Shown: piece after piece, positions 16,798 to 27,132 of the stretch
Layout: each line of letters starts with the position of its first letter
Numbering within the stretch: position 1 is the stretch's first letter
NCBI GenBank assembly: GCA_032119875.1
Contig: JAUMFK010000005.1
Location: 1-40,125, forward strand
DNA from: Rickettsiales bacterium
Lineage (GTDB): Bacteria > Pseudomonadota > Alphaproteobacteria > Rickettsiales > UBA1997
DNA: 40,125 nt
Direction: 5' to 3'
Notes under the pieces: generated by a model
Seen by the model: the letters and a program-made list of their open reading frames with translations, nothing else
Told to the model about the DNA's origin: nothing
Database searches by the model: none
Position numbers and translations under genes: made by a program

Positions 16798-18021
16798 TTA
16801 TTCATAAGTAATTGCTAAACTAGAAATTTGAGCAATTAGTTTTGTCACCAAATTTAAATCACTATCATTTTGTTGTAAAAAGTGTTGTTTTGGTAATTGT
16901 AAGAGCGATAAAAACTCCGATCCTACCGCATTTAAACTATTATTAGAATTACGATTTTTATTTATTCTTAAAAAACTATCAATAATTTTTCCACACATTA
17001 AATACAACACTATTTCACTAGGGGCAGAATCAACAAAATCAGCAGTTATAACTCCTTCTTGCAAGATAATAGTATGATTTTCAACCGAATTTTTTAGCAT
17101 ATGCATTTTATTTCGTTCTTTTTTATTAATATGCAAAATTTCTTCTGGCTCAAAAACTGACCACACCGCCATACCATAAGTGCCGTTATCGGCTTTTAAA
17201 TAACAATAAGGTTGCTCATTAATATTGTATTGCTGATATTTTTGCTTAATTTTATTTAACAACACTTCGGTTTTTTTTGCTAAATCTTTCAGCCCTAATT
17301 TATGTTTAAAATCAACATTTATAGCAAAATCGTGATAAGTTGAAAACAACCAAGCGTCAATATTAAGAATTTCGGCAACTTGTTGAGCTAATAAATTATA
17401 ATGATTAAAATGATTATTTTTGCTTCGCTGATACCAACCAAGATTTTGGCTAGGCACAATTGACTGTTGAATATTAGTGAGTATTTTTGGCAAACCAGCA
17501 GTAAGATCGTTGTTTAAAATTACAAGATTTGGTGTAAAATTAAGAGCTGGAATAGTTAAAAAATTATCAATAACTAGCAAAGGCCAAATGTTAAGATTTT
17601 TTTCTAATGCAAGATTTGGCAAAGTAACAGTAAAATTCTGTTCTTGTTGCAATTGCCAATTTGCCATATAAACCTGACCATAAGCAGAAAGTAAATGCTC
17701 TAAAACCGCCAGATTTTCAAAGTAATGAGTGTTTCTAGAATGGTTTTCGGTGATAATTAAAATTTTTGAATAATCCTGCTGTTGAGAAAAGAATATATCA
17801 AGCACTTTTTTAGCTTCACACAAACCCTGCTTACTTAAATTATTAAAACCAGCTGGAAAACAATTAGCATCAACAGGAGCAATTTTAAAACTCGATCGAC
17901 GAACATCAAGAGAGCTGTAAAAAATTTCTGAATTATTATGAAATTTTTGAGTGAAAAAATTAAGCAAATTATCTTGATTTTTTCTAATGGCAGAGGCAAT
18001 AATTTGAATAATATTTGACAT
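16798..18021 (-). CDS. Putative glutamate--cysteine ligase of the rare Thiobacillus-ferrooxidans type (GshA, Pfam PF08886-like)
   Basis: '[25 protein letters not shown]' and '[16 protein letters not shown]...IILQEGV' match my recollection of that about 400-aa family. This needs HMM confirmation. Confidence 0.45.
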   Translation of the reverse strand: MSNIIQIIASAIRKNQDNLLNFFTQKFHNNSEIFYSSLDVRRSSFKIAPVDANCFPAGFNNLSKQGLCEAKKVLDIFFSQQQDYSKILIITENHSRNTHYFENLAVLEHLLSAYGQVYMANWQLQQEQNFTVTLPNLALEKNLNIWPLLVIDNFLTIPALNFTPNLVILNNDLTAGLPKILTNIQQSIVPSQNLGWYQRSKNNHFNHYNLLAQQVAEILNIDAWLFSTYHDFAINVDFKHKLGLKDLAKKTEVLLNKIKQKYQQYNINEQPYCYLKADNGTYGMAVWSVFEPEEILHINKKERNKMHMLKNSVENHTIILQEGVITADFVDSAPSEIVLYLMCGKIIDSFLRINKNRNSNNSLNAVGSEFLSLLQLPKQHFLQQNDSDLNLVTKLIAQISSLAITYE

Positions 18022-18031
18022 TTAACAAGTT

Positions 18032-19180
18032 TTAAAAATTTATGTGTGTTTTTAGATGATATTTTTTTTTAGTAAAAGCCAAAATAAGCCCAAAAGCAAT
18101 TCCGGTAGCAAGCATTGAAGAACCGCCATAGCTAATAAATGGTAAAGTCATGCCCTTGGTTGGAAACAATCCTAAACTTACTCCAATATTCACAATTATT
18201 TGCATAGTAAATTGCACCATTAAACCGCATAAAGAAAGATAAATAAAGTAATCTTTTTCACTCAATGCTTTATAAACTATTCTAGAAATTAAATAAATAA
18301 ATAACAATATAATAAAAATGCAAAATAAGATACCAAATTCTTCGGCAATAGAAGCAAAAATAAAATCAGTATGCACATCTGGCACAAATTTTTTTACCAC
18401 TCCGTTTCCCATTCCTTTACCTAAAAAAGAGCCGTTTTGAAAGGCGTCAAGCGATCTTTCTACCTGATAGTTTTTTTGACTTGCATCAAGAAAACGATTA
18501 ATACGATCTTCAACATGGGGCAAGGTAAGATAAATAATTATCGAACCTAAAATAAATAAAATAAACAACGAAAAAACTAAAAATAACGGAATACCATATA
18601 AAAAAAGTTGAGTTGCCCAAATTGCTACAAAAGAAATAATCATGCCAAAATCTGGCTGCAAATATAGTAAAGACACAAAAATTGCCAACAAAAAAAACGA
18701 GCAAAAATACTGCATTTTAGCACTATATACACTTAATCTAGCAAAACAATAAGAATGAAAAATAATAAAAAAAGTTTTAGCAAATTCGGATGGTTGTAAA
18801 TTAAAACCAGCAAAATTAAGCCAACGCGTTGCTCCTTTAATTTTTGAACCAACTAACAAAACTAATAACAATAAAAATACAGAGCAACCAATGCCTAAAA
18901 TTGCTAAAAACCTAATTTGTTCTTTTTGCAAAAAAGAAATAACAATCACTAAACACAAAGATAGGCAGGCAAAAACCAATTGTTTTTTGATAAAAAATAA
19001 TCTATCAACATCGATTTTTTTAGCAACCACAGGGCTAGAGGTGGTAGTAAAAATTAAGCCTAAAGCAATCAAAATAACCACAATAGTAAAATTAATTTTA
19101 TCTATATCTAGCCACCAAGATTTAAGAAAGTTAAGGTTTCTTCGATCAAAGAAATTATATTTGCTGTTGGAGTTGTTCAT
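18032..19180 (-). CDS. SEDS-family peptidoglycan glycosyltransferase (FtsW/RodA/SpoVE)
   Basis: About 10 TM segments. 'TDFIFASIAEEFG' and 'MTLPFISYGGSSMLA' are hallmarks of FtsW/RodA. Confidence 0.8.
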   Translation of the reverse strand: MNNSNSKYNFFDRRNLNFLKSWWLDIDKINFTIVVILIALGLIFTTTSSPVVAKKIDVDRLFFIKKQLVFACLSLCLVIVISFLQKEQIRFLAILGIGCSVFLLLLVLLVGSKIKGATRWLNFAGFNLQPSEFAKTFFIIFHSYCFARLSVYSAKMQYFCSFFLLAIFVSLLYLQPDFGMIISFVAIWATQLFLYGIPLFLVFSLFILFILGSIIIYLTLPHVEDRINRFLDASQKNYQVERSLDAFQNGSFLGKGMGNGVVKKFVPDVHTDFIFASIAEEFGILFCIFIILLFIYLISRIVYKALSEKDYFIYLSLCGLMVQFTMQIIVNIGVSLGLFPTKGMTLPFISYGGSSMLATGIAFGLILAFTKKKYHLKTHINF

Positions 19181-19186
19181 AAAAAA

Positions 19187-19263
19187 TGGTGGGTGGTAGA
19201 AGATTTGAACTTCCGACCTTTACGATGTCAACGTAACACTCTAACCAACTGAGCTAACCACCC
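19187..19263 (-). tRNA. tRNA-Val (anticodon GAC), CCA encoded
   Basis: Hand-folded reverse complement: GGGTGGT-TA-GCTC-AGTTGGTTA-GAGT-G-TTACG-TTGACAT-CGTAA-AGGTC-GGAAG-TTCAAAT-CTTCT-ACCACCC-A-CCA. 7-bp acceptor stem, U33, GAC anticodon, A37, TTCAAAT T-loop. Confidence 0.85.
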
Positions 19264-19347
19264 AAAAAAGAATAACAAAAACTAAATTTTTACTCATTTT
19301 ATTTAATTTTGCAAGCAAAAATTATAAAGTGTATATCCTAGCAAAAT

Positions 19348-21927
19348 CTATTGCATAAAGTTTTTAACTTTCAAAAATTCTAGGTTATTATCTTCTATTT
19401 TTTCATCTGTATAAATAACGATATACTTAAATTTATTCTCCTGAATTCCTTCAAGATAACTTATAGCTTTTTTCTTGTTTAAAACTTGCTTATCTTTATT
19501 TTTATCTTTAGCTTTGATTTCAACAATTAAAAACTCACCATTTTGTTTAGTTATAATAAAATCTGGAAAATAATTATGATATTTGCCATCTTCGCCTTTG
19601 TATGCAAAATAAAAATCAGTTTTCTTGGTATCTTTTATTGAGCCAGTAAAATAAACATCATCTATATCTTTTTTATCAAGTTGCAGAATATTTAAAATTT
19701 TCGTAAAAAAATTCTTTTCTGGCTTTGAATCAAAATCATAAACACTTAGATGAAAGCCTAGATTTTCGTCTTTATGCTCAACTAATAATTTTTCTCGCTC
19801 ACTTCCTTCTTTAAACTTTATTGTATGATAAAAAACTCCATTTTCATCTTTTTGAAAATTATAATTACCATCTTTGTCTTGAATTTTAATAATTGCCAAA
19901 ACTTCTTTAATTTTTTCTTTGGTTATTTTATATTCGCTAAACTGTTTTTCTGTTTGCTCAAATAAATGTTGCAAATCAATTGCTGGTAATGTTTTATTTG
20001 GATAAATTTTTATCAATTCGTTAAATATTTCTTGATAACTAATATGATAATTTTGTGCAATTTTAACAGTAGCATTAAAAATGCCGATGTCATTTTGTAT
20101 ATTTTTAACTTTATTGGCAAAGCTAGATTCTTTTAATTCGCCATTTTCAAGGCGATATGAAGTTTTGTGCAATTGATTTTCAAAAGCAACTGGCTTGGTT
20201 AAAACAAGCGATTTTTTATTTTGCACCTCATTTCTGACGATTTTACTAATTTCTTTAATAATTTCTAATTTTGGCATTTGATATTTTCTAATTATCGCTT
20301 TTTTTTCGATTATTTTATTGGCATCTGGCTTGCTAAAATCATCAATAGAAATATTAAAATTTTCGCGCAGTTCTCTATCTAAAATTTCAATATTTTTGCT
20401 AGATAAATAAATTTTTGCTCTTGCTTTATTTTCTTTTACTTGTCTTAAACATCTGGTGCTGGCTTGTAAGATGAAATTATTCGAAGAAGATGCCTCTCTA
20501 ATTAAGGCGGTAGCGAAAAGACTAGGGCAGTTCCAACCTTCTTTGCCTTTGTCAATCAACAAAATTATTCTTTTTTGCGAATCTGGTTTATTGAGATTAT
20601 TAAAATCTTCGATTTCGTTTTTGTTAGATTCTTGAGTATTGACCAAAATCAAGGTTAAGCTCTGTGAAATATTGCCCAAAGTTTTTTCGATCAAAAATTT
20701 ACAATGTTGTAAATGCTGTTCGTTTTTAAAGTAAAAAGCAATTTTTGCCATTTGTCCAGAATAGAGCCTTAATTCGCCATAATTTAGAAAAAAATCTTCA
20801 ATAATATCTTTAATAATTCTTTCTTCATTTTCTTCGTTAAAATCGTAAGAAATAATATTATCTTTAACCGATTTTAAAATATTATCTCTGATTCCTTCTT
20901 CTAAAGAATACCAAAAAACCACTTCTTTTAACGGTTCTTTTTTAAAATAAGGAGTGCCAGTTGTGTTAATAACACAAACCAAATCTTTGTTTTTATGAAT
21001 ATGATTTATAGTTTCCCTCACTCTTTTTAAACTATCGCCAAGATTGTTACCATAAGTGTTGTGAGCTTCATCAGAGAAGATGCCAAGCCCATCAAGATTA
21101 GTTATTTTTTGTAATCTTAAATTTTCGGTTAATTTTTTTTCTTCAGTTTTTTGATTAAATAAATCATTTTTTAAAGTGGTATTTTTTAAAATAATTTTTT
21201 CAGAATTAGTAACCAAAATATTATAAATTCCTCTTTCTTCAACTCCATCAAACCTTTTATCACCGTCTTTGGTGTAATTTATTTTTAAATTAGGGGCGAG
21301 TTTTTTAAATAATCTTGCTGGCAAAATTTTATCAAAAGCAATGTCAGAAATTTCATGTAGTGATTCGATAATAGTTTTACCGGGGGCAAATATCAAGGCA
21401 TTTTGCATAAATTTAAAATCAGCAGGTTTTTCTTGCTCATCAAAATCAATAGCAATAGCAAATTCAATGGCAATTATTGAGCCAATTAAAATTGTTTTGC
21501 CTGTTCCCATTGCCAAAGCTAAAATATAGCTAGCATAATCAAGGTTTAGGGCTTCGTGCAGAGTTTGATATTTATATTTTTTTACAAATTCTAAATCAGT
21601 TTTAATTTTTTCTAAAATTTTATCTAAATCAACATCGTCAATTGCATCTTTATTAACATGGGTTATGCCAAGAGTTTTAAAAAGAGCAATTTTATCATCT
21701 GCAAAAAGTGTTTTGTAAAGCTCAATTGTTTGCGGAGTTTTTAAAATAAATCGCAAATATAAATAGCTTTCAATTGCTTCAAATTGTGGTTTGCGAAGAA
21801 ACTTAAAAGAGCCATCTTCTAATTTATTATAATTTAAAATTTCTTTAATTTGTGAAAATTCTGTGCTGTAATAATTTTGTTGTCTCCAAGCGGTTATTTT
21901 TTCTTGTAATTTTGTAAATAAAGTCAT
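19348..21927 (-). CDS. res: Type III restriction enzyme Res subunit-like (SF2 DEAH helicase with C-terminal PD-(D/E)xK nuclease)
   Basis: Motif I 'LAMGTGKT', motif II 'IFSDEAHN', motif III 'INTTGTP'. C-terminal 'YFPDFIITKQNGEFLIVEIKAK' (PD...ExK). ATGA overlap with the upstream gene. Confidence 0.75.
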   Translation of the reverse strand: MTLFTKLQEKITAWRQQNYYSTEFSQIKEILNYNKLEDGSFKFLRKPQFEAIESYLYLRFILKTPQTIELYKTLFADDKIALFKTLGITHVNKDAIDDVDLDKILEKIKTDLEFVKKYKYQTLHEALNLDYASYILALAMGTGKTILIGSIIAIEFAIAIDFDEQEKPADFKFMQNALIFAPGKTIIESLHEISDIAFDKILPARLFKKLAPNLKINYTKDGDKRFDGVEERGIYNILVTNSEKIILKNTTLKNDLFNQKTEEKKLTENLRLQKITNLDGLGIFSDEAHNTYGNNLGDSLKRVRETINHIHKNKDLVCVINTTGTPYFKKEPLKEVVFWYSLEEGIRDNILKSVKDNIISYDFNEENEERIIKDIIEDFFLNYGELRLYSGQMAKIAFYFKNEQHLQHCKFLIEKTLGNISQSLTLILVNTQESNKNEIEDFNNLNKPDSQKRIILLIDKGKEGWNCPSLFATALIREASSSNNFILQASTRCLRQVKENKARAKIYLSSKNIEILDRELRENFNISIDDFSKPDANKIIEKKAIIRKYQMPKLEIIKEISKIVRNEVQNKKSLVLTKPVAFENQLHKTSYRLENGELKESSFANKVKNIQNDIGIFNATVKIAQNYHISYQEIFNELIKIYPNKTLPAIDLQHLFEQTEKQFSEYKITKEKIKEVLAIIKIQDKDGNYNFQKDENGVFYHTIKFKEGSEREKLLVEHKDENLGFHLSVYDFDSKPEKNFFTKILNILQLDKKDIDDVYFTGSIKDTKKTDFYFAYKGEDGKYHNYFPDFIITKQNGEFLIVEIKAKDKNKDKQVLNKKKAISYLEGIQENKFKYIVIYTDEKIEDNNLEFLKVKNFMQ

Positions 21928-22817
21928 GTTAATTTTTTATCGTTTTTTTTAAGTTTTGTTAACCGATTTTTTAGCGATTCTTTTGGTGGTAAAAAATTTG
22001 ATTCATCAACAATTTTTTTGTGAGTTTTTTCTTCAAGAGCAATTCTGGCATCAAGGGCAATTTTACCGCCTTTTTTAGCAGGAATTTTATTTTGCTCAAA
22101 ACCCTTACTTTGCAAATTTTCGGCAATTTGTCTTGTTGCAAGTTCTGCTAAAGCTGTAAAAATCAACTCTGCCTCGTTCATATGATCTCTTAAATTATGT
22201 TGTTTTAAATTTTTTAATTTTTTATGTTGAGATACACTTATACCTGACCATTCTTGATGAATAATGTTAGTTAATGTTACAAATTCTTGACCCTCTTTAA
22301 CATCATTATTTTTCCAATAATCGGTGAGTTTATTTCGAGTTTCTTGACCAGTCATTCTTTGAGCAATCCATTTTTCACTTCTGCCTAATTTTTGCCAATT
22401 TTGTCTTGCTCGTTGTAATGAAATTTCAGGATCGGCAATTTCATTGATTCTTTCATTGCCAATTTTGGCTAACCACATTTTTATTGGCTCGGCTTTTGGG
22501 CTTGGAATTAATTGAATAAGACGAAAAATATTTTCTAAATCAGTAACATCAGTGTTATAAAATTTACCATCTTTGGCGATCATTTTCAGTTGGTTACAAT
22601 TTGTAACCAACTTACTTCCTTCTTTTGATAATCGATGTTTTAAAACTTTCCAATAATTTTTAGCTAGAGAGTAATCATTCTGATTTGTTAGCACTGCAAC
22701 AATATCAATAATTGAAAAAAACCATTTTTGTTTTTCTTCGTCAAAATGTTTTCTGATTGAGAAATTTTCAAAAATTTCTAATTTATTTAGTTGATTATTT
22801 GTAGATTTTTTATTCAT
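21924..22817 (-). CDS. Bro-N domain / DinD-like (DNA-damage-inducible protein D-like) protein embedded in the R-M operon
   Basis: The N-terminus 'FENFSIRKHFDEEKQKWFFSIIDIVAVLT' is Bro-N-like. The C-terminal half ('LRDHMNEAELIFTALAELATRQIAE..GGKIALDARIALEEKT') aligns by eye with E. coli DinD ('LDHMGSTELAANLFRATQTEEKL..VGRKVRQTIQELGG'). Confidence 0.55.
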   Translation of the reverse strand: MNKKSTNNQLNKLEIFENFSIRKHFDEEKQKWFFSIIDIVAVLTNQNDYSLAKNYWKVLKHRLSKEGSKLVTNCNQLKMIAKDGKFYNTDVTDLENIFRLIQLIPSPKAEPIKMWLAKIGNERINEIADPEISLQRARQNWQKLGRSEKWIAQRMTGQETRNKLTDYWKNNDVKEGQEFVTLTNIIHQEWSGISVSQHKKLKNLKQHNLRDHMNEAELIFTALAELATRQIAENLQSKGFEQNKIPAKKGGKIALDARIALEEKTHKKIVDESNFLPPKESLKNRLTKLKKNDKKLT

Positions 22818-22843
22818 AGGAATTTTATTTGTGGTTAATAAAT

Positions 22844-24664
22844 TTATTCTATAATTAAAGTTTCTTCGCCAAGCATATCAATAATTTTGACCGCAATTTT
22901 ATTGCTGGTTTCAAATTCGTATTTGCCTTTAATAAAATCTTTTTTCTTGGCAGGGATATCGCTTTCGCAAATATTAAAAACTTCGCCATTGTAATTAAAA
23001 TCAAATAAAATCATGTCAATTTGGCTTTTAAAATCAATAATCTGCTCTTCAAAAAGATTTTTATCAATTTCTAATCTTTTTAAAATTGTTGGCGATAAAT
23101 AATTTTTGATTTCAACAATTTTTTTATTTTGCTTTTGAGCAATCAAAACATCGGCAATTGCTGGTTCAAAGGCAATTAAACCATCTTTTTGAATATCTCT
23201 TATTTTAATTTTATTGATCGGTGAAATTTTATTATGTTTGGCAATTTCGCTTTCTAAAATCACTTCTTGCCCCAAACAAATTATAATAATATTTCGCTCT
23301 TCTTCTCTTCTAATATTTTTTAATTCATCTTTAATTTCTTGAATTTCTAGGCTAGTTAAAGGTTTGTTAAATTCGGCAATTTTTACCAACTCATCACCTA
23401 AAATGCCATCAAAAAAACTATCATTAATTTTTTCAATGCCATATTTTTCAAAAATAATTTCATGCAGGGCAAAACGAGTTTGAAAATCGTAATTATTGAC
23501 ACGAAAATGCAAAATATCTGGGGTTTTTTGACCCTCCACCACACCATTTGCAGAGCTTTGACTTGCCTTAAAATTTGGAGTGATTAGATCGAGTTGCGCT
23601 TGGTTATTTTGTTTTATTTTTGAAAGCCTTTTGATAGTGGTTTGGATTGCTCCTTTGTTGCAATCAACTCCAATCCATCTGCGATTTAATTTTTCGGCAA
23701 CCGCTAAAGTGGTGCCAGAGCCTGCAAAGCAATCAAGGATGATTGAATTTTCGTTAGATGATAATTCAATTAATAGTTCAAGCAATCCCTCGGGTTTTTG
23801 AGTTGGATAACTTTCTCGTTCTGCGGATAGATTTAATACAGCTCTTGTGTTATAAGTTTTAATTTTTTCATTTTTTTCTACAACATTTATAACATCTGAA
23901 AAAATATCTCTTAAAATAGTATCTACATAAAATCTTCCATTATCATCTTGCTTTGATTCCATAAAAGATTTTTCTAAATATTGTCTTTCTTTGAAAGTTT
24001 TTATTTTAAACAAATCTCCTTTTTTGTAATGAATGATAACATCATGTTTTCTTGCTAAGCTATTATCTTTTGAAGCTCCACCACTTCTATATGCCCACAC
24101 TACTTCATTCACAAAATTATCCTCGCCAAAAACTTCATCTAATAAAAATCTTAAATGATGTGATTTGTGCCAATCGCAATGCAAATAAATTGAACCTTGT
24201 TCACTTAAAAGTTGGCGAAGCAAAATTAATCTTTCATACATAAATTGCAAATATTCGTCATTTTTCCACAAATCAGTATATTGCACTTGCTCAAAAAAAC
24301 TTTGCTCTTCGCCAGTTAGCTTTTTATCAATGCCACGAAGCTCAATTTTTTTAACATAATCGGCTTTAGAATCAAAAGGCGGATCGATATAAATTAAATC
24401 AACCTTGCCTCTAAAACCAGAAGTTAAAAGGGTAGAAAGGCATTCTTTATTGTCGCCATGAAATAATAAATTATGCCAATTTTCTTGTAAAATTGCATAA
24501 TTTAGTTTAGCAATTTCTGTTGTATTTGCAAAATTATTGCCAATTTTTTCAACCAATTGTGCAGGGTAATTTTTTATCACTCCAAGCGGTTTTTTGCCGG
24601 CCCAATACAGCATCGGCCTGCCCTGAATTTGTTGTTTAATATTAATTTGTTGTTGGTTTGTCAT
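22844..24664 (-). CDS. mod: Beta-class N6-adenine/N4-cytosine DNA methyltransferase, Type III Mod-like, with an uncharacterised C-terminal region of about 260 aa
   Basis: N-terminal 'LYWAGKKP'. Motif IV 'DLIYIDPPF' (aa 89-97) precedes motif I '[11 protein letters not shown]' (aa 309-319). 'RRWIGVD' is present. The gene sits upstream of res on the same strand. Confidence 0.75.
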   Translation of the reverse strand: MTNQQQINIKQQIQGRPMLYWAGKKPLGVIKNYPAQLVEKIGNNFANTTEIAKLNYAILQENWHNLLFHGDNKECLSTLLTSGFRGKVDLIYIDPPFDSKADYVKKIELRGIDKKLTGEEQSFFEQVQYTDLWKNDEYLQFMYERLILLRQLLSEQGSIYLHCDWHKSHHLRFLLDEVFGEDNFVNEVVWAYRSGGASKDNSLARKHDVIIHYKKGDLFKIKTFKERQYLEKSFMESKQDDNGRFYVDTILRDIFSDVINVVEKNEKIKTYNTRAVLNLSAERESYPTQKPEGLLELLIELSSNENSIILDCFAGSGTTLAVAEKLNRRWIGVDCNKGAIQTTIKRLSKIKQNNQAQLDLITPNFKASQSSANGVVEGQKTPDILHFRVNNYDFQTRFALHEIIFEKYGIEKINDSFFDGILGDELVKIAEFNKPLTSLEIQEIKDELKNIRREEERNIIIICLGQEVILESEIAKHNKISPINKIKIRDIQKDGLIAFEPAIADVLIAQKQNKKIVEIKNYLSPTILKRLEIDKNLFEEQIIDFKSQIDMILFDFNYNGEVFNICESDIPAKKKDFIKGKYEFETSNKIAVKIIDMLGEETLIIE

Positions 24665-24835
24665 ACATTTAATATCGTTTTAATTATGGAGATAGTTTTA
24701 TTATGGCAATAAAAACATAGGAGTTTGTTTTTGCCGCAGCAGAAATTAACATAACGATGCATTTTTTGTGTAATGCAAGCAAAGAGGTGGGTAAATTTGA
24801 GATTATGAGAGTTGATCATGTTTTGGTGTGGTTGA

Positions 24836-24867
24836 GCCATAATCTAAAAGATTTTTTAGATTATGGC
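24836..24867 (-). terminator. Perfect 14-bp stem / 4-nt loop hairpin 19 nt downstream of the fusA stop
   Basis: 'gccataatctaaaa-gatt-ttttagattatggc'. No clear U-tract follows on the fusA strand, so a terminator role is tentative. Confidence 0.4.
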
Positions 24868-24886
24868 TTAGATTTTGGCAAGTAAA

Positions 24887-26968
24887 CTAGCCTTTTTTTG
24901 CTTTAATTTCTTCGGCAATGTGTGCTGGCACAGGTTCGTAGCACTCAAACTCCATGCTATAACTTGCTCTGCCTTGCGATAAAGATCGTAGGTTATTAAC
25001 ATAACCAAACATTGATGAAAGCGGAATTTTGGCAGTAATAACATGAGCAACATCTCGAGCTTCGAGGTTTTGAATTTGCCCGCGTCGAGAATTAATATCG
25101 CCGATAACATCGCCCATATAGTCTTCGGGAGTTACAACCTCAACCTTCATTATTGGTTCAAGAATAATGGCACCAGCTCTTTCCATTGCTTCACGAAAAG
25201 CAGATCTTGCGGCAATTTCAAAGGCCAATACACTAGAATCGACATCATGATAGGCACCGTCAATTAAACGAGCTTTAAGACGCACCACAGGATAACCAGC
25301 TAAAATACCAGTTTCTTTTGCCGATGTTAAACCTTTTTCAACTCCGGGGATATATTCTTTTGGCACTCTACCGCCAACAATTTCGCTTTCAAAAATAAAG
25401 TTTTCTTTGTTATCGGCTGGAAGTGGCTCAAAAATAATTTTAACTTTGGCAAATTGACCAGCACCACCAGATTGCTTTTTATGAGTGTAATCTATTTCGG
25501 TTTGTTTAGTGATGGCTTCGCGGTAAGCAACTTTTGGCTGACCAATATTTGCATCAACTTTAAATTCGCGTTTCATACGATCTACAATAATTTCGAGATG
25601 CAACTCACCCATGCCTTTTAAAATTGTTTGACCTGATTCTTTATCAGATTCAATGCGAAGAGAAGGATCTTCGGAAGCTAATCTTGATAAGGCCATACCC
25701 ATTTTTTCTTGATCTGCAGTTGATTTTGGCTCAACCGAAACTTCAATTACAGGTTCAGGAAATATCATTCTTTCTAAAATGATATTGTTATCTGGTTCAA
25801 CCAAAGTATCGCCAGTAGTGGTATTTTTTAAACCCGCCAAAGCAACAATATCGCCAGCAAAAGCCTCTTTTATATCTTCACGATTATTGGCATGCATAAG
25901 CAATATACGCCCGATTCTTTCTTTGTTGTTGTTTTTGGTAGTATTGATAACACCTGTGCCACCTGTGAGTGTTCCTGCATAAATACGCACAAAAGTAAGA
26001 GAACCAACAAAAGGATCGGTCATGATTTTAAAGGCCAAACCTGCAAATTTTTGATTATCGCAATTAATAACGATTGGTTGCTCATCTTTTAAATTAATAG
26101 CAGGAATTTCTTTGATATCGCTTGGGCTTGGTAAATAATCGATTACAGCATCAAGCAGAGTTTGCACACCTTTATTTTTAAAAGCAGTGCCATTAATAAC
26201 AGGCACAAAAGCACCAGAGATAGTTGCCTTTCTGATGCATTTTTTTAAATCTTCTTCGGTAATTTCTTTGCCATTAAGATAGTTGTCCATTAGAAGATCG
26301 TCTTGCTCTACCGCCGCCTCAACTAATTGTTCGCGATATTGTTTAGCTTTTTCTTGTAAATCTTGCGGAATTTCTTCATAAGTGTAATTGGCACCCATAG
26401 TTTCGTCTTTCCAAACTACGGCTTTCATTTTAATAAGATCGATTAAACCACCATAATTTTCGGCTTCATTTATTGGCAATTGAATAGGTATTGGCCTAGC
26501 TCCAAGCCTAGTTTTCATCATGTCGACACAACGATAAAAATTAGCACCGACTCTATCCATTTTGTTGACAAAACAAATTCTTGGCACCTTATATTTATTG
26601 GCTTGTCTCCATACAGTTTCAGATTGTGGCTCAACACCAGCAACCGAATCAAACACTGCAACGGCACCATCAAGAACTCTTAATGATCTTTCAACTTCAA
26701 TAGTAAAATCAACGTGACCGGGAGTATCGATGATGTTAATACGATGATCTTTCCAAAAACAAGTGGTAGCAGCAGAAGTGATTGTTATGCCTCTTTCTTG
26801 CTCTTGCTCCATCCAATCCATAGTGGCGGCGCCATCGTGCACTTCGCCAATTTTGTGAGATTTTCCTGTGTAAAATAAGATTCTTTCAGTAGTAGTGGTT
26901 TTGCCAGCATCGATATGAGCCATAATGCCAATATTACGATATTTTTCGATTTCAATTTGACGAGCCAT
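24887..26968 (-). CDS. fusA: Elongation factor G
   Basis: '[15 protein letters not shown]', 'DTPGHVDF', 'NKMDR'. 693 aa, apparently full length. Confidence 0.95.
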   Translation of the reverse strand: MARQIEIEKYRNIGIMAHIDAGKTTTTERILFYTGKSHKIGEVHDGAATMDWMEQEQERGITITSAATTCFWKDHRINIIDTPGHVDFTIEVERSLRVLDGAVAVFDSVAGVEPQSETVWRQANKYKVPRICFVNKMDRVGANFYRCVDMMKTRLGARPIPIQLPINEAENYGGLIDLIKMKAVVWKDETMGANYTYEEIPQDLQEKAKQYREQLVEAAVEQDDLLMDNYLNGKEITEEDLKKCIRKATISGAFVPVINGTAFKNKGVQTLLDAVIDYLPSPSDIKEIPAINLKDEQPIVINCDNQKFAGLAFKIMTDPFVGSLTFVRIYAGTLTGGTGVINTTKNNNKERIGRILLMHANNREDIKEAFAGDIVALAGLKNTTTGDTLVEPDNNIILERMIFPEPVIEVSVEPKSTADQEKMGMALSRLASEDPSLRIESDKESGQTILKGMGELHLEIIVDRMKREFKVDANIGQPKVAYREAITKQTEIDYTHKKQSGGAGQFAKVKIIFEPLPADNKENFIFESEIVGGRVPKEYIPGVEKGLTSAKETGILAGYPVVRLKARLIDGAYHDVDSSVLAFEIAARSAFREAMERAGAIILEPIMKVEVVTPEDYMGDVIGDINSRRGQIQNLEARDVAHVITAKIPLSSMFGYVNNLRSLSQGRASYSMEFECYEPVPAHIAEEIKAKKG

Positions 26969-27103
26969 AGTTGTTTGTTTATAATGATTTATAATTAAAA
27001 AATTTTCGCCCCCTAAATTAACTTAACATTAATTTTGCAAAAACAAGTTGGCAATATTTTAATTAAAATAATCTTAGTTAGCAAGATTTTTTTATAAAAT
27101 TAT

Positions 27104-27132
27104 TTGCATTATAAAAATTATTGCTTTATAAT
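27104..27132 (+). promoter_or_regulatory. Candidate sigma-70 promoter upstream of rpmI-rplT (TTGCAT-N17-TATAAT)
   Basis: TTGCAT at 27104-27109 and TATAAT at 27127-27132. In AT-rich DNA such matches occur by chance. Confidence 0.3.

Noticed and set aside
14119-19199. Short ORFs overlapping znuC, panC, nuoD, the gshA-like gene and the SEDS gene (14119..14316, 14356..14679, 15346..15543, 15999..16235, 17477..17671, 18510..18704, 18891..19199).
   Set aside because: They are antisense or alternate-frame shadows of strongly supported genes. ORF 18891..19199 additionally runs across the tRNA-Val gene.
22844-24664. A phase-variable simple-sequence repeat in mod, as in phasevarion Type III mod genes.
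   Set aside because: I saw only short homopolymers (A7-A8) and a 'caacaacaa' triplet. These are typical of AT-rich coding DNA. There is no long tetra- or penta-nucleotide tract.
19264-24886. A classical tRNA-linked genomic island or prophage remnant carrying the R-M system.
   Set aside because: I saw no integrase or transposase and no direct repeat of the tRNA-Val 3' end in 24665-24886. The block also lies on the 5' side of the tRNA rather than the 3' side. I report it only as an accessory insertion candidate, not as a mobile element.
24868-26683. ORFs overlapping fusA (24868..25110, 25043..25267, 25779..25982, 25892..26092, 26480..26683).
   Set aside because: fusA is a full-length, highly conserved EF-G. 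The overlapping frames have no motifs.
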